From positions 43,896,001 through 43,960,000 of the forward strand of contig OX597816.1 in the NCBI GenBank assembly GCA_951406725.2: a DNA stretch of 64,000 bases. Direction: 5' to 3'. This DNA is from Octopus vulgaris. Lineage: Eukaryota. Shown one piece after another: positions 13,023-27,238 of the stretch. The position numbers and the translations under genes were made by a program. The notes under the pieces are model-generated. The model saw only the letters and a program-made list of their open reading frames with translations. It ran no database searches and was not told the origin of the DNA. How positions within the stretch are numbered: position 1 is the stretch's first letter; each line of letters begins with the position of its first letter.

Positions 13023-15438
13023 TTATTTATTTAGGTGTGTTTGTGTGCGTATGTATCTATTATCATTCTGACTAATCAAAATTTTTCACTGTCATCATCA
13101 TTATCGTCTTCAAAATCCTTTACGTTTACTCTCTTCTAGCATCATCAATCTGCTTCATCAACATTCTCATGCTCATCACTCCTACGCTATTGTAATCAAA
13201 TGCAACACATTAGCCAATTCCATTTTGATACTAATTTTAGTGTGATTCAGAAAAACACATCAGTATTACATTTGTGAAAAGGAATTGGATCCAGATTTAG
13301 TTGTGGAAATACTATTGAAATACCATCGCTAAATTTGCATAAACGAGATTAAGTTTCATTTCCAAATAAAATATCTTAAGTCCTGAACGGATGCTAATTT
13401 TCTATATACTTTTAAATCTTGCACTGAAAATAGCACATGTACCTGAAATGGTACACTCCTAATAACTACTCACTTTATTTGCAACTCCTACGACCATAAA
13501 ACGAATAACAACTGAATAGAAGAATGTATTAAACAGAGAAAAATCAATGCTTACGGAAGCTACTCACGGACAATCATTTTCTTTCATTTTTTTCCGTTAT
13601 TCATTTATTTAATTTTTTTTTTGTAATAGCGCTGTGGTATCGCCGATAATTGATTTATTTTATTTATTTATTTATTTCTGTTTTCTGGATCACTTTTCGA
13701 GCAATGCGTTTTGATTACTTTCCTTAGTTAACCTTTGTTACGAAAAATAGGCATTTTATCTTTCGGAATACGGAGAACACATTAGTAATGATAGTGTTCT
13801 GTTGTTTTCACTTACATATAAAAACATTATGTGATGAAGTATATTTGTAATTATTCATGAAATGTCTTAGTTCCTGTTGCTAAGGGCGAAGAGAGATCCC
13901 TACTCAGCACGGTCGCAAGTCTTATCATGAGCTCCATCTCTGGCCACTTACTTTGAGGAGAGGAATGTGAATGCTTATGAGGATGATGGTGATTATGATG
14001 ATGATAGAAATTATCACTGTGTATTCTTATTTTAGAACAGGACACAATTTCTACAAAAGAGAATGTAGACGGAACCGAATAAGTGATCAGATAGGTATCT
14101 GTCTAGCCGCCCCCTAGATTATAGGTGTATGGCAAATTTGACGTTTTATTGTTTCGCTCGCAAAACAGTTTTTTCCCCCCATAAACATAATTGTATATTT
14201 GTGTCTATTACAGGACAAAATAACGAAAAAGTTTGAAAATTCGATACTCTTACTTAGAAATAATCCTTCCTGTTTCTTCTACAACGTGAGCATAAAAAAA
14301 ACATTAGAAAAACATTAGAAAAACTGCAAACCAGTTACAATAATTTAACTCTCTTTTGTCTGTAAAAGTTCTTTCGGGAAAAAGGGCACTAATATTGATT
14401 CAGTAAATCGTCTATGTTGGAAAATATTTCAGTATCATGTCACTTCCTGGAAAACCGCGCTATTTTTCTTTCAAGAGAAACTTTTTTTTTTATATATAAG
14501 ACCATAATTTGTAGTTTTAGGTCATATATATATATATATATATTAATTACTGAAATTTATTAAACAAATTTTAGAAGTAGTTCATTTTCAAAATTTTACT
14601 GCATACGGTATAACAGACACACACATTTGAATATATCCCCAATAATTTTGAAAATAATTTGAATTGAAAAGTAAGTATATGTGTTGGAGGAGAATGTAAT
14701 TTCAGAATGGTTAACGATAACTTGAAGCAAACTGTTTTTGCAATATTCACTAAATGAGAAAAAATGCAGTGGAAGCTGGAGGGAGTTGAACTCAGAGCAG
14801 TGAGGCACCGAACTAGACACTGTAAATCTTCTAGTCGAGCACTCTACTGTCTGCGGCAAGCCCAACAACGACAACATGAATAAATTCCAATCAAATATAA
14901 TCGTCGACAAATGATTCAACAAATGTTCAAAATTACAAAAGTATTTAAGTGTAAAATAAGCTCTCTTTTTGCAATAAAATTACTCTGTTTCTCACCTTAA
15001 TAATATTTACAGGTTACAGGTGTCAATCAGCATGACCCTGCACCTGATCTATATGTGAAGTACTCACAGACATTTAGTTACATATGCATATTTACAAGCA
15101 TAAATACACACATCAACAAACTATTCTGTATACGTGTATGTCTGTGTGAATTAGTACTTGGGTGCTAATATACACGCATTGACGCTACTATATATTTCGT
15201 TTAGCTACTCTTTTTCGAATACAACCTCTCAAAGACGATTGCACACTTTTTCTTTTGACCATATTCTCTCTCTTTCATTCACTCCCCCCATTAAACGAAC
15301 CACCCTCTCTTTTTCTTCGTCATTGTGTGTGCATGTATGTGTGAGTATAATGTATTTATATATGAATTATACGTATTTATACAAACATTGTCTCTATTAT
15401 GTATATAGTTTATTTATTTTATATATAAATAGATATTG

Positions 15439-15808
<370 letters not shown>

Positions 15809-17503
15809 TTATATATACTTCTTAGATATATAGAATGTAACACGCACATTTCTTTTAAAACACAGCAAATACAATTGAAGTCTTTAAAAGTATTCATTTG
15901 AACCTTTCAAAAAACTCCAAGTGCATTTTCAACTTTTCATTTTTCTTAATATTTGTACTTGTGTCAAGAGAAACTATTTTCATATATGCATTCCCAATTA
16001 AAAGATATCCTGGTGTAAATTTAACATGCTGTTGCCAAAAAGCAGTAGCGGGTTTGTCCAATCAACTCCAATTTATTAGTCATCCACTTTTTAATACAAA
16101 AATAACAACTGAATTAATACTAATCAACAGATTATTGGAACAATCACATATTATTAATTCAGTTTATTTCAGTATAAGCCAGGGTAAATTTATGTATAAT
16201 AATAATAATAACACAAAAGTAAACATATTACGTAACCATTTACAAAAACAATCTTTCTGAAGTTTTAAGCGGCGATCAGCCATAATTTCTCTTATTTAGA
16301 TGCTATCATAAATTCCTGCTTTATGATTTACTGGGTTCCATTTCAGGTAATTGTGTGTAACGGTACTAAACCTAGCCGTATTCCTCATTGAAAGGTTTGT
16401 CTATATAATGTTTATGCTGAAAAGAAAAAAAACCTGCTGTAGTGTGCAATTATTTGCATATCAAATAACAGAATTTATAAGATGGTGTGATTTCTTTTGA
16501 CATTGAAATATATGATAATGAACTAACTGACGCCGATAGCACAAAATTGATAATGTTTCGGAATCAGTGCTACAATATATGCAATAACACTCTTAACTTG
16601 TAAGGCAAAAATTGTAAGATGCTACTGTGCTATGTAATTTCACGGCATGTGTGGCCAATGAGTAAAGCAGTAAATCCAAAACTGTAAAGGTAAATGTATT
16701 ATATATTTTAATCATCGTTCTCGAATAATCTTGCCCTCTTCTAGAGCGATTATTAAAATGCATGAAACATGTCACAAAATAAGGACAATTATCACAATCA
16801 GAAAAAAGAAAAAATTAAATGATTTGACCCTTGCAAAAGCTCAAAATAGTCTGCGCCAAGACCCAGATAAGTCAGCAAAAATGATTTTGTCTAATGTTAT
16901 ACAATATTATATTTCATGTATACGTATAACATTAGATGACACAGTTGGTAACTTATATCTGATACATATCCATATTGTCTTTCACTTGCCATAACTGGCG
17001 GAAAGGGTCATCTCCGTTACTTTTACAGATTCTTCTAGACCGACCAGTTTGCTGCCACTGATGTTTCTAACGAATTTTGCAGGAAAGACACGAGCGCAGA
17101 GAGATTACATAGGACCGATATATAGTGGAGGAGAGACTACCACCAAGGGTTTCATACAAGTGTGATGAGGGGCGGAAAGGTGAATGGAACTAGAGTGTTT
17201 GAGTCGAGATGGCATAAGCCCTACTCTCTACGAAGTGTAGGAACAATTTTAATAACGGTAGAAAATATAGTGTATGTGGACCAGGGTAAGAATCTGTCGG
17301 TAGGTGACTTTTTGTATTGGCAGTGATTTCTCTTCAATATTGATGACCTGCAGCACTATGATATGCTACCGGTCATCAACACTGTAGGTGTAATTGAAAC
17401 TAAATTAAACACGATGGACACTTGCAAACAACTGTCCACTATATTTAATTAGATTTCATTTACACATGCAGTGTTGGCTGAAATCTAAGATGCAAATCAA
17501 CAA

Positions 17504-17506
<3 letters not shown>

Positions 17507-17601
<95 letters not shown>

Positions 17602-17881
17602 CAGGCAGGCAGTCAATAGATGATTGATAGATGGATAGACGGATAGATAGATAGAAAGAGATTGATAGATAGATAGATAGAAAGAAATTGATAGATAGAT
17701 AGAGAGAGAGATAGATAAATAGATAGATACATAGATAGATAGAAAGAGATTGATAGATAGATAGATAGAGAGATAGATAGATACATAGATAGATAGAAAG
17801 CGATTGATAGATAGATAGATGGATAGACGGATAGATAGATAGATGGATAGATAGACGGATAGATAAATAGATAGATAGATA
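17507..17881. repeat. (TA)n-(GA)n-(GATA)n compound microsatellite
   Basis: Seen directly. Confidence 0.95.
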
Positions 17882-18175
17882 GGCATTCATCTGTATGTGA
17901 ATAAAAACGATGTATCAAGGTTATTTCCTCTAGATCGATGGTTAACTGGGGCATTCGATAAATATAAATCAGTAAACTGAATATGAGACAATGCCGAAAT
18001 ACATACTGGCTTGGAATCGATTGAATAAAACCTTTTAAATAAGTTTCTTACCTTGGCCGCAACCCAATTATTGAAACAATCAAGAGAATGAATGAATAAG
18101 CAAGAGAATAAAAGAATAAAAGAATTATATGTGTGTTTGTGTGCATACATATGTGCGTGTGTGTGTGTGTATTTC

Positions 18176-18555
18176 GTGGAGGCGCAATAGCCAAGTGGTT
18201 AGGGCAGCGGACTGGCGGTCGTCGGATCGCGGTTTCGATTCCCAGACCGAGCGTTGTGAGTGCTTATTGAGCGAAAACACATAAAGATCCACGTAGCTCC
18301 GACAGCGGGTTGCGGTAAGTCCTGCTGTTCTCCTTCACCACAACTTTCAATCTTTCTTCCCGTTTCTGTTCTACTTCTATTTCGAAGGGCCAGTCTTGTC
18401 GCATTCTGTGTCACACTGAATCCCATCGAGAACTACGTTATGGGTACACGTGTCAGTGGAGTGTTCAGCCACTTGCTCGTTAATTTCACGAGCAGGCTGT
18501 TCCGTTGATCGGATCAACTGGATCCCTCGTTTTCGTAACCGACGGACTGCAACGA
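18176..18555 (+). mobile_element. tRNA-derived SINE, family A
   Basis: A-box-like TAGCCAAGTGGTTAG and B-box-like GGTTTCGATTCCC. Body and tail match 29799-30138. Confidence 0.8.
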
Positions 18556-18568
18556 CAGTATATATATT

Positions 18569-18663
<95 letters not shown>

Positions 18664-19049
18664 ATTGTTTACTCATTCTCTAGAATTAGCTCATTAGTTC
18701 ATGGGAAGCGCTAATGCTATGCTATGTCTACCCGGTCTTTACCCTCTAGTTGTGTTTTGGATAGTAATAAACTCAAACAACGCTGCTCTTATATGAGGTT
18801 CCAGATCATCTGGAACTTTTATGTTAGAATATTCCTGCTTTCAATATATGGTTGCCTCTACTAAATAAAGCTCTCGGCAGTACTCTTAGTATAAAATGTG
18901 TGCGGCTTGGAACACTAAGCTATTACAGTATCCTCTCATACCGCTATAAGGAAAAGGTAGACCCGTTGACAAAAGTGCTCTAGTCGGTAATGGCATAGTT
19001 CTGAACTCAAATATACCCGATACCTTTCCCGATGTGTAGTGTGTGTGTA

Positions 19050-19102
<53 letters not shown>

Positions 19103-19189
19103 GTGTGTGTATGTGTGCACGCGCGCGACTGCGCATAGCCTTCTTCGGCCTTAGTATTGAACATGTTAGTAAAAGTAGTAAAGACAAAG

Positions 19190-19398
19190 TTACGGTCTCT
19201 CATCAGGGCCGGTTTCCCGGTTTCATGGTGTATTAATTCCCTACCTTGCAAGATTTTTCATTTTTGCTAGCTGAGTGGAATGGAGCAACTTGAAATGAAG
19301 TGTTTTACCCAAGAACACAAGGCATCACCCGGTTCAGAAATCGAAACTGCAATCTTACGATCATGAGTCCAACACTCTAACCATTAAGCCACGCACTT
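19190..19398 (-). mobile_element. Degenerate tRNA-derived SINE (family C head and core)
   Basis: GCTGAGTGGAATGGAGCAAC..AAGAACACAA..ATCGAAAC..TTACGATC..TCTAACCA resembles 29043-29168. Confidence 0.65.
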
Positions 19399-19878
19399 CA
19401 CATTTAGCATGTTAGTATATAAAACTTTCTTAGTAGCTCTTCTCTTACATACAACAACCTTCGTGGTGTTTGCGATTTTAGTTGAAAGTAGTAAACGAAC
19501 GGCTTTGAAGTATGAGATTCACAGGATCATGAGGGTCTATTTATTCCCTCGCTGAAAATTCTTTCGGAATCAATCGCGCCGTTTGTCTGCAGATTGTTGC
19601 AACATTCTCATGATACTATGCAGCATTACAATTTATGATCCTCAGGTAACGCATTGGTCGTGACTTTGCGATTGAACCCTCCTCAGATTCTGTGTATCTT
19701 AGACTGTAATGTGTTAGACAGCTGACTCTAAAACGCTTTCTTAATTTCCAGCTCTAATTTGCATGAAGATTATGTTGCATTGACGTCAATGTTGATGTCT
19801 TTTTCACAATATCAATCTCTTTGTTCGTCTTTGAAGTTTTATATTTCAGTACAGCCAATGAGAGTGGCGGCTTATCTA

Positions 19879-20417
19879 TTGGGTTGTCCGGAAAGTTCGT
19901 ACCGATTTTCAAAGTAAAGAAAAAGGTCAATGAAATACTTGCCATTACATTTTTAATCATCCAAATACGAAATATTTTGTTGCACAATGCATCTTCCTCT
20001 ATCCTTTAACTTGAAAATACCCTCTTCCCAGAATTGAGGTCGTTTTATAGCAAAGAATTCATCAAGGTATCTTTTTACGTCATCCAAAGAATTGAAATTT
20101 TTACCATTAACACTATTCTGCAGAGACCTGAATAAGTGGAAATCCGAAGGAGCAATATCTGGTGAATATGGAGGGTGGGGTAACACATCCCAGCCGAGCT
20201 ACAGCAATTTTTGTCTGGTTCTCAAAGCATCAAGTGCCGAAAATGAACTTTCTTATCTTCCATTTTAAAGGGTTACAGAATTAACACAGGTTAGCGGAAC
20301 ATAAACCTTCTTCCATGAAAAGATAGCTTAAACTGTGCTCTAAATGGGGGTGTAGTCAAATCCTATTTTATGTTCTAAAATAAGTCGAAAGTTAAGCTAG
20401 TATAAATCGACACGAAC
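19879..20417 (-). mobile_element. Internally deleted mariner transposon
   Basis: TA + TIR TTGGGTTGTCCGGAAAGTTCGTACCGATTTT at 19879 and a partial TIR AAATCGACACGAAC at 20404-20417. The minus-strand start MEDKKVHFRHLML (ATG at 20263) is fused to the C-terminus LPHPPYSPDIAPSDFHLFRSLQNS...FWEEGIFKL, which contains the mariner YSPDLAP motif. Confidence 0.9.
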
Positions 20418-20799
20418 GGGAGAATGTCTTATTGTAATTATTAAAATAATTTAAATGAGAAGCCTCTGCTTCTTCAAAATGGTGTATCCTGTTTCCAAGT
20501 TTAATCTTCAACTATTCCTATATTACATGCATTATACCATATAATATGATGATCAAATTTGTTGAAAACCCCAACTGTCGGTTGAATGGTTGAAAGGCAG
20601 CTCCTTGCTTGAGTGGAAACTGAGTTGAGAACTACTTAATAAAGAATTCTCCATTAAGAATATTTGAAAGACAATTATTGAAATGTGAAATCACAGAGAG
20701 AATTCTGTGATTTTATTCTGTGCTTTAATTACTCCTGTATAAATAGGACATATGTTTTGCCTTTAAATTATGAGACAGCATGTTTTCCACCGAATCCCT

Positions 20800-20850
<51 letters not shown>

Positions 20851-20992
20851 TTTATTTAAAGCAGCAGAAAATTCAACAAAACCTGTTACTCTAATTTCAC
20901 GTTGCCTTTCATCGGACAAGCATATTACTCTACCACTGGTATTTGAGTACTCTTTTTTCCACCTTGTTTCACATTTATGTGTTTACTCCGGT

Positions 20993-21037
<45 letters not shown>

Positions 21038-21252
21038 CATACACACACGTGTGTGCGCGCGTGTGTATTCTAAATGGAGTCCCGCTGGGAGACCGGTTTT
21101 CTGCTTCTCATTATTATGCTGTTGACGCCACTGGTCGAAGATTGAATGTCTTACTTTTTTCAGAATTTGCTCCTTTTCCCTCCCCCACCTTTTTCAAGAC
21201 TGATAATCTCGCTCCACTTCTCTCTTTCCTGCTGTCGCCCTCTCTCACTCCA

Positions 21253-21284
<32 letters not shown>

Positions 21285-22249
21285 GTTTCGTTCAGTCTAC
21301 GAACGAGAATGAAGGAAAGGTTTCTGTTATGCACATTCACAAACTCACAAGGCTTTGGTCAGCATGGGGCTATAGTAGGAGATATTCACCCAAGGTACCA
21401 CACAATGGGAAGGGACCCGGAATTATATGGCCGAGAAGGAAGCTTCGAATCACACAGTCACAACACCGAATTATATGTGTGTATATGTCTGTGTACATGT
21501 ATGCGTATATGTGTTTCTATGTGTGCGTCTGTGTATGTGTGTGTGTGTGTATGTTTAACGAATGTGTGTATCCAAGGTAAAATTGCTACATATTGTGCCG
21601 CTCAGTATATGCCAATCTTACCACGGACACATGGATAGTTTTGCAGGATACTCGGAGCAAGTAAATAACTTTTGAACTCACTATTGACTGCTCTAGAAAC
21701 CAAATGAATTAAGCAAAATAATTTATTTCGGTATAATCTGTTTAACCAAAAATTACGCGAAGGTGCTTCTAATAAATTGGACTAGATCTTGTTCGTCCCT
21801 TCCATATCGCTACGTAGATATGTGCCATCGGTACGTGTACGTTTGTGCGTCTGTGTGCATGTGTGTATCTGTGTGTGTATCGACGTATAATCATCATTAT
21901 GAAATTCATGTATACATTCTATTTGTATGTATATACATGTTATTGTACGAAATGAATTTTTTTCTGTCCGGGATCAACCGGTTATATATCATTCCTAATC
22001 CTTGTATCCCTTTTTAAAGAATCTAGAAATCCCCATATTGTTACCAACGTATCAAGCACACATGGAACCTACTGGCTTGTAAGAATGATTTAATCACACC
22101 CACTTTAGAACAAATAAAAATGATTTGGAGCAATTTGGGTGTAAAGTCTATAACAATATTTAGACCTTAAATATAACATAAACTTCCAAAACTCGAGTAG
22201 TAAATTATTTATTCAATAAATGAAATTGAGAAATACTTTACATACTGGC

Positions 22250-22560
22250 ACTTCGTCTATTTTGATGACGTGTATTCAGTTGATCTGATCAGCGGAACAA
22301 CCTGCTTGTGAAATGAACGTTCAGGTGGCTGAGCACGATACTGAGACGCGTACCTTCAGCGTAGTTCTCAGGGAGATTCACCGTGACACAGCATGTAATG
22401 AGAATAACCTTTTAAAATACAGATACTATTCATTTTTGTTAGCTGAGTAGCCTGGAGCAACTTGAAATAGTGTGCCTTGTTGAAGGACAAAACACGCCGG
22501 GTATCGAACTCGCGACTTTACGATCGTGAGCCAAATACCTTAAACACTGATGCACAAGCC
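22250..22560 (-). mobile_element. Degenerate SINE with family-C-like head/core and family-A-like tail
   Basis: 22279-22395 is antisense to the family A tail (18405-18520). 22430-22550 resembles the family C core and tRNA head. Confidence 0.6.
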
Positions 22561-22699
22561 TTCGCAATAATTTATATAAAGGGTGTGGACTGTATTTGAG
22601 GACAAATTTATGGTTTAAAAAACGCTTATATAATAACAGAGAAAAACTGTATTTTTATAAAAATGACATAAACATAAAGCTAAATTATTAATTTAATAA

Positions 22700-23625
22700 T
22701 TTCATTCAATAAAACCATCATAAGCAGCAATAACTGCCTCTACTGTTTACAAGCTCGGATTAGGCGGTCTTTGTTTATTTCGGACATGACTTGAACTATG
22801 GCAGCTTCCAAAGAATTTTTAGTGCAATGGGGATGTTCATTGACATTTTGTTCAACGATACTCCATACATAGTAGTCCAGTGATTGGGAGGCCAAGTGTT
22901 GGGGGTAATGTGATCATGCAAATTGCCGGCTATCCATTCTCGTGTCATTCGAGCCATGTGCAGAATCTTCTTGAAAGACATAAGGCCTTCCATTGCATAC
23001 ACTGTTGATCCAAGGCTTAACAACTTTATACGTAGCGGCATTCACCCTAAGACGTTGTGGAAAAAAGTGAGGAGGCATCGCATGTCCATTGCTAACAACA
23101 AGTAAAACCATGATACTTGCAGGAAATTTTGGGTACATTACTCTTGGAAACTCAGAAGGGTTTGCACATAACCCTCTGTCACTTATTCTGTTAGTTTTGT
23201 GATCCTGGTCAAAAATCTGTGAAAAAACAAATCCCACCATCTTCTGATAGATTTTTAAGTCTGTTCAAAAAGTCTTTCGGATTTGATTAAGCGATTTTTC
23301 TTCTTTTTTTCCTCCTTTTTTTTTTAATGATTTGTATCTGATATCTTCATGCATAATATTTCTGATTGTTTTCTTCTGAAACACGAATTCTTTGTGAAAT
23401 TGGCCTCATTGATTTTCCTGGATTGTCTTCAATGTTTTGCTTAACTACCTGAATAAATTCATGTATCCTGATAGCTAATACGCTTCCATCTTCTTTCTCC
23501 AACTCACACCGAATCTTGTGGACAAAAGATCTTGCAACTTTCAAAAAATGATTAATTGCTAAATCACTATGCTTAACCTTCAAAGCCACAATCACAGCAC
23601 GCCTTCTAATTTCATTAGTAAGCAC
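22700..23625 (-). mobile_element. Degenerate Tc1/mariner-superfamily transposase (maT/DD37D-like)
   Basis: Fragments in several frames: EIRRRAVIVALK..NPGKSMR, KFPASIMVLLVVSNGHAMPPHFF, VVKPWI..RPYVFQEDSA, NTWPPN and DYYVW. Many frameshifts. Confidence 0.8.
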
Positions 23626-23629
23626 AGGG

Positions 23630-23678
<49 letters not shown>

Positions 23679-23689
23679 GCTACAGGCTT

Positions 23690-23845
23690 GTGTGTCTCAT
23701 CACCGCTGAACAATCGGTTTTGATGTGTTTATATCCCAGTAACTTAGCGGTTTGGTAAAAAGACTGATAGAATACGTGCTAGGCTTATAAAGCAAAAAAG
23801 TACTGGAGTCGATTCGTTCGTAGCCGGTGACTGAAACAATTAAAG
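23690..23845 (+). mobile_element. SINE family B, 3' fragment
   Basis: GTAACTTAGCGGTTTGGTAAAAAGACTGATAGAATA...GTCGATT...TGACTGAAAC matches 46600-46752. Confidence 0.65.
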
Positions 23846-24024
23846 ATATGGTATCGCAGTCACTGATATTTTCTCTTTCTGTTTATCTCTATCACACACA
23901 CACTCACACATACACACAATTTGAGTGTCTTTCTTTACTCTATCTTTCACGTCTTTCAGGGTTTCATTATTATCTTCAACTCATTGTCCCTAAATAGCTT
24001 TAATATCAATACTAATTTATTTTC

Positions 24025-24421
24025 TATTTCTTTACTGCCCACAAGGGGTTAAACACAGAGGGGACAAACAAGGACAGACAAACGGATCAAGTCGATTACA
24101 TCGACCCCAGTGCGTAACTGGTACTTGATTTATCTAGGGCGGCGAGCTGGCAGAAACGTTAGCACGCCGGGCGAAATGCGTAGTCGTATTTCGTCTGTCG
24201 TTACGATGTAATCGACTTAATACCTATGTCTGTCCTTGTTTGTCCCCTCTATGTTTAGCCCCTTGTGGGTAATAAAGAAATAGGTACTTAATTTATCGAC
24301 CCCGAAAGGATGAAAGGCAAAGTCGACCTCGGCGGAATTTGAACTCAGAACGTAACGACAGACGAAATACGGCTACGTATTTCGCCCGGCGTGCTAACGT
24401 TTCTGCCAGCTCGCCCCCTTT
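24025..24421 (-). mobile_element. SINE family D, full-length, 15-bp TSD, interrupted by a nested copy
   Basis: Perfect direct repeat TACTAATTTATTTTC at 24010-24024 and 24422-24436. The minus strand has GGCGAGCTGGCAGAAACGTTAG (A-box-like) and GAGTTCAAATTCC (B-box-like). Confidence 0.85.
24135..24282 (+). mobile_element. Internally deleted SINE family D copy nested antisense in another family D copy
   Basis: TSD GGTACTTGATTTATC (24120-24134) / GGTACTTAATTTATC (24283-24297). The head joins directly to the tail at TTACG|ATGTAATCG. Confidence 0.85.
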
Positions 24422-24639
24422 TACTAATTTATTTTCATCTTTATTTTAATACATCATCGTTCTCCCATTTTTTTTTGTTCCCTAATCATAAGTTGTTCCC
24501 TCCGAATACTAACATTCTCCTCCTGTTCTTTCTTCTATGTAACCATTTCATATGCACGCACTTGCTCATTCACTCACTCAATCTTTATGTACATATTTAT
24601 GAATCTATTTCCTTGTCAATCTTTCAGTTAACGATCTAC

Positions 24640-24640
24640 G

Positions 24641-24733
<93 letters not shown>

Positions 24734-25773
24734 GTCTGTCTGTCTCTATCTACCTGTGGCTCAGTCTCTCACCCTCTCTCTCTCTCTTCCTGTATGTATA
24801 CATACTTACATATATATATATATATGTATGTATGTATACATATATATATGTATGTATATGTATATATATGTATGTATACATATATATATATGTATGTATA
24901 CATATATATATGTATGTATGTATACATATATATATATACGTATGTATGTATACATATATATATATACGTATGTATGTATACATATATATATATGTATGCA
25001 TACATATACATATGTATGTATGTATACATATATATATATGTATGTATGTATACATATATATATATGTATGTATGTATACATATATATATATATATGTATG
25101 TATGTATACATATATATATATGTAGGTATGTATACACATATATATATGTATGTATGTATACATATATATATGTATGTATGTATACATATATATATATATT
25201 ATACATATATATATGTATGTACATAATATATGTATGATACATATATATATATATATATATATATATGTAATGTATACGTATACATATATATATATGTATG
25301 TATGTATACATATATATATATATGTATGTATACATATATATATATGTACATACATATATATATGTATGTATATATATATATGTATGTATGTATACATATA
25401 TATATATATGTATGTATACATATATATATATATGTATGTATATATACATATATATATGTATGTATGTATACATATATATATATTTATGTATGTATACATA
25501 TATATATATATGTATGTATGTATACATATATATATTTATGTATGTATACATATATATATATTTATGTATGTATACATATATATATATGTATGTATGTATA
25601 CATATATATATGTATGTATACATATATATATGTATGTATACATATATATATATATGTATGTATGTATACATATGTATATATATGTATGTATGTATACATA
25701 TATATATGTATGTATGTATATATATATATATGTATGTATGTATACATATATATATATATATATGTATGTATAC

Positions 25774-25805
<32 letters not shown>

Positions 25806-25945
25806 ACATATATATATATGTATGTATGTATACATATATATATGTATGTATGTATACATATATATATGTATGTATGTATACATATATATGTATGTATGTA
25901 TATATATATGTATGTATGTATATGTATATATGTATATGTATATAC
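24640..25945. repeat. (CTAT)n followed by ~1.1-kb compound satellite of unit TATGTATG(TATG)TATACA(TA)n
   Basis: Seen directly. Confidence 0.95.
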
Positions 25946-26284
25946 ATGCGTGTGTCTCAAGCATACAGATGTGTGTGAATCCCTGAAAGCAATACAATAA
26001 GTTGCCCTCCTACATGTGGAAGAGATTAATCTTGAATCACCTAATTGAATCCCTGCTATACCTGCTCTGTTGCTGCCAACTATCATCATATTACAATTTA
26101 TTTATCCCTAGGTGGCCAATACAAATCCTGTTGTGAATGGCGAAATTCTGTCATCGAAAATTGAAATAACTTTCAGGAGAAATAATAATTCAAATGACAG
26201 CTTCACATCTGAAGCCAATCCTTATACATATCCGTATACTCGAACTCAGCTATACACATATATAGAGAAACCGATAATAGGTTT

Positions 26285-26343
<59 letters not shown>

Positions 26344-27197
26344 TGTGTGTGTGTGTGTGTGTGTAGTTATGATAGATAGCTAGATAGGCATACAGACGTG
26401 TCAGAAAATGCAGTTGGCTGAGTTGATGAAGTGGCATTATTGAGACCACGTGTTAACAATTCATTTTGTGCGACACGTGATGTACAACACGTGATGTAGA
26501 CTTATATAATGCGCGTGTATATATATATATAGTTCGTCTTCCAGTCTGCCTTGTTGTCCATTGTTTTAAGGAGAAACCATCTGCTCATAAATTTAGAATC
26601 CTTCAACAGCCGTGCTATCGCCTTAACTGATAAGGAAGATGTTGAACAACATAGCACTAGATATGCACAAAAAAAAAAAAAGACTGAAGAATAGCAACTT
26701 AACTTGTTGCAGAAGTGGATTGCAATTTACTGCTAAAAGTAGGTGAGCTTTGCATAATTTGTGATTGCTTAGCAGTATGAAGTTAAAGTGGAGTTCAAAT
26801 TACGATACACTTTATATAATATATGAAGAAATATCTTAGTTTATCATGGAATACCTTCATTTACTTCGATGCTTTTCATTACAGTGGTGTTTATCTAATT
26901 AAAAGCTCTGTTGTGCATACAAATCAAAATTATTTCACTTCATAGCATTCCATAGCAATAATTACTCTGGAAGTGTTGCAAAGTGAAATAGTGAAGTGTG
27001 GGATTTTTTTTTTTGTTACAATGGTAGCGAATTATATAGAAAGAATTATGTTTCAAATCTCATAGAAATTGATCGCGACTGATTCAGTTCTTTCGAAAGC
27101 GTGTTATATATTCTTGTCCGTTAGGATTGTCTAAGTAGTGAAGAAGTATCACGAATATCAGAATGGTTGCATAGTTTCACGACATACGTAAGTAAAA

Positions 27198-27238
<41 letters not shown>

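Noticed and set aside
16995-17440. Possible LINE 5' region (VGVIETKL resembles an APE endonuclease motif)
   Set aside because: Only one short motif and no sustained reading frame.
26100-26220. Possible exon after TTTATCCCTAG acceptor-like site
   Set aside because: No clear donor site or protein similarity. Such motifs are frequent by chance.
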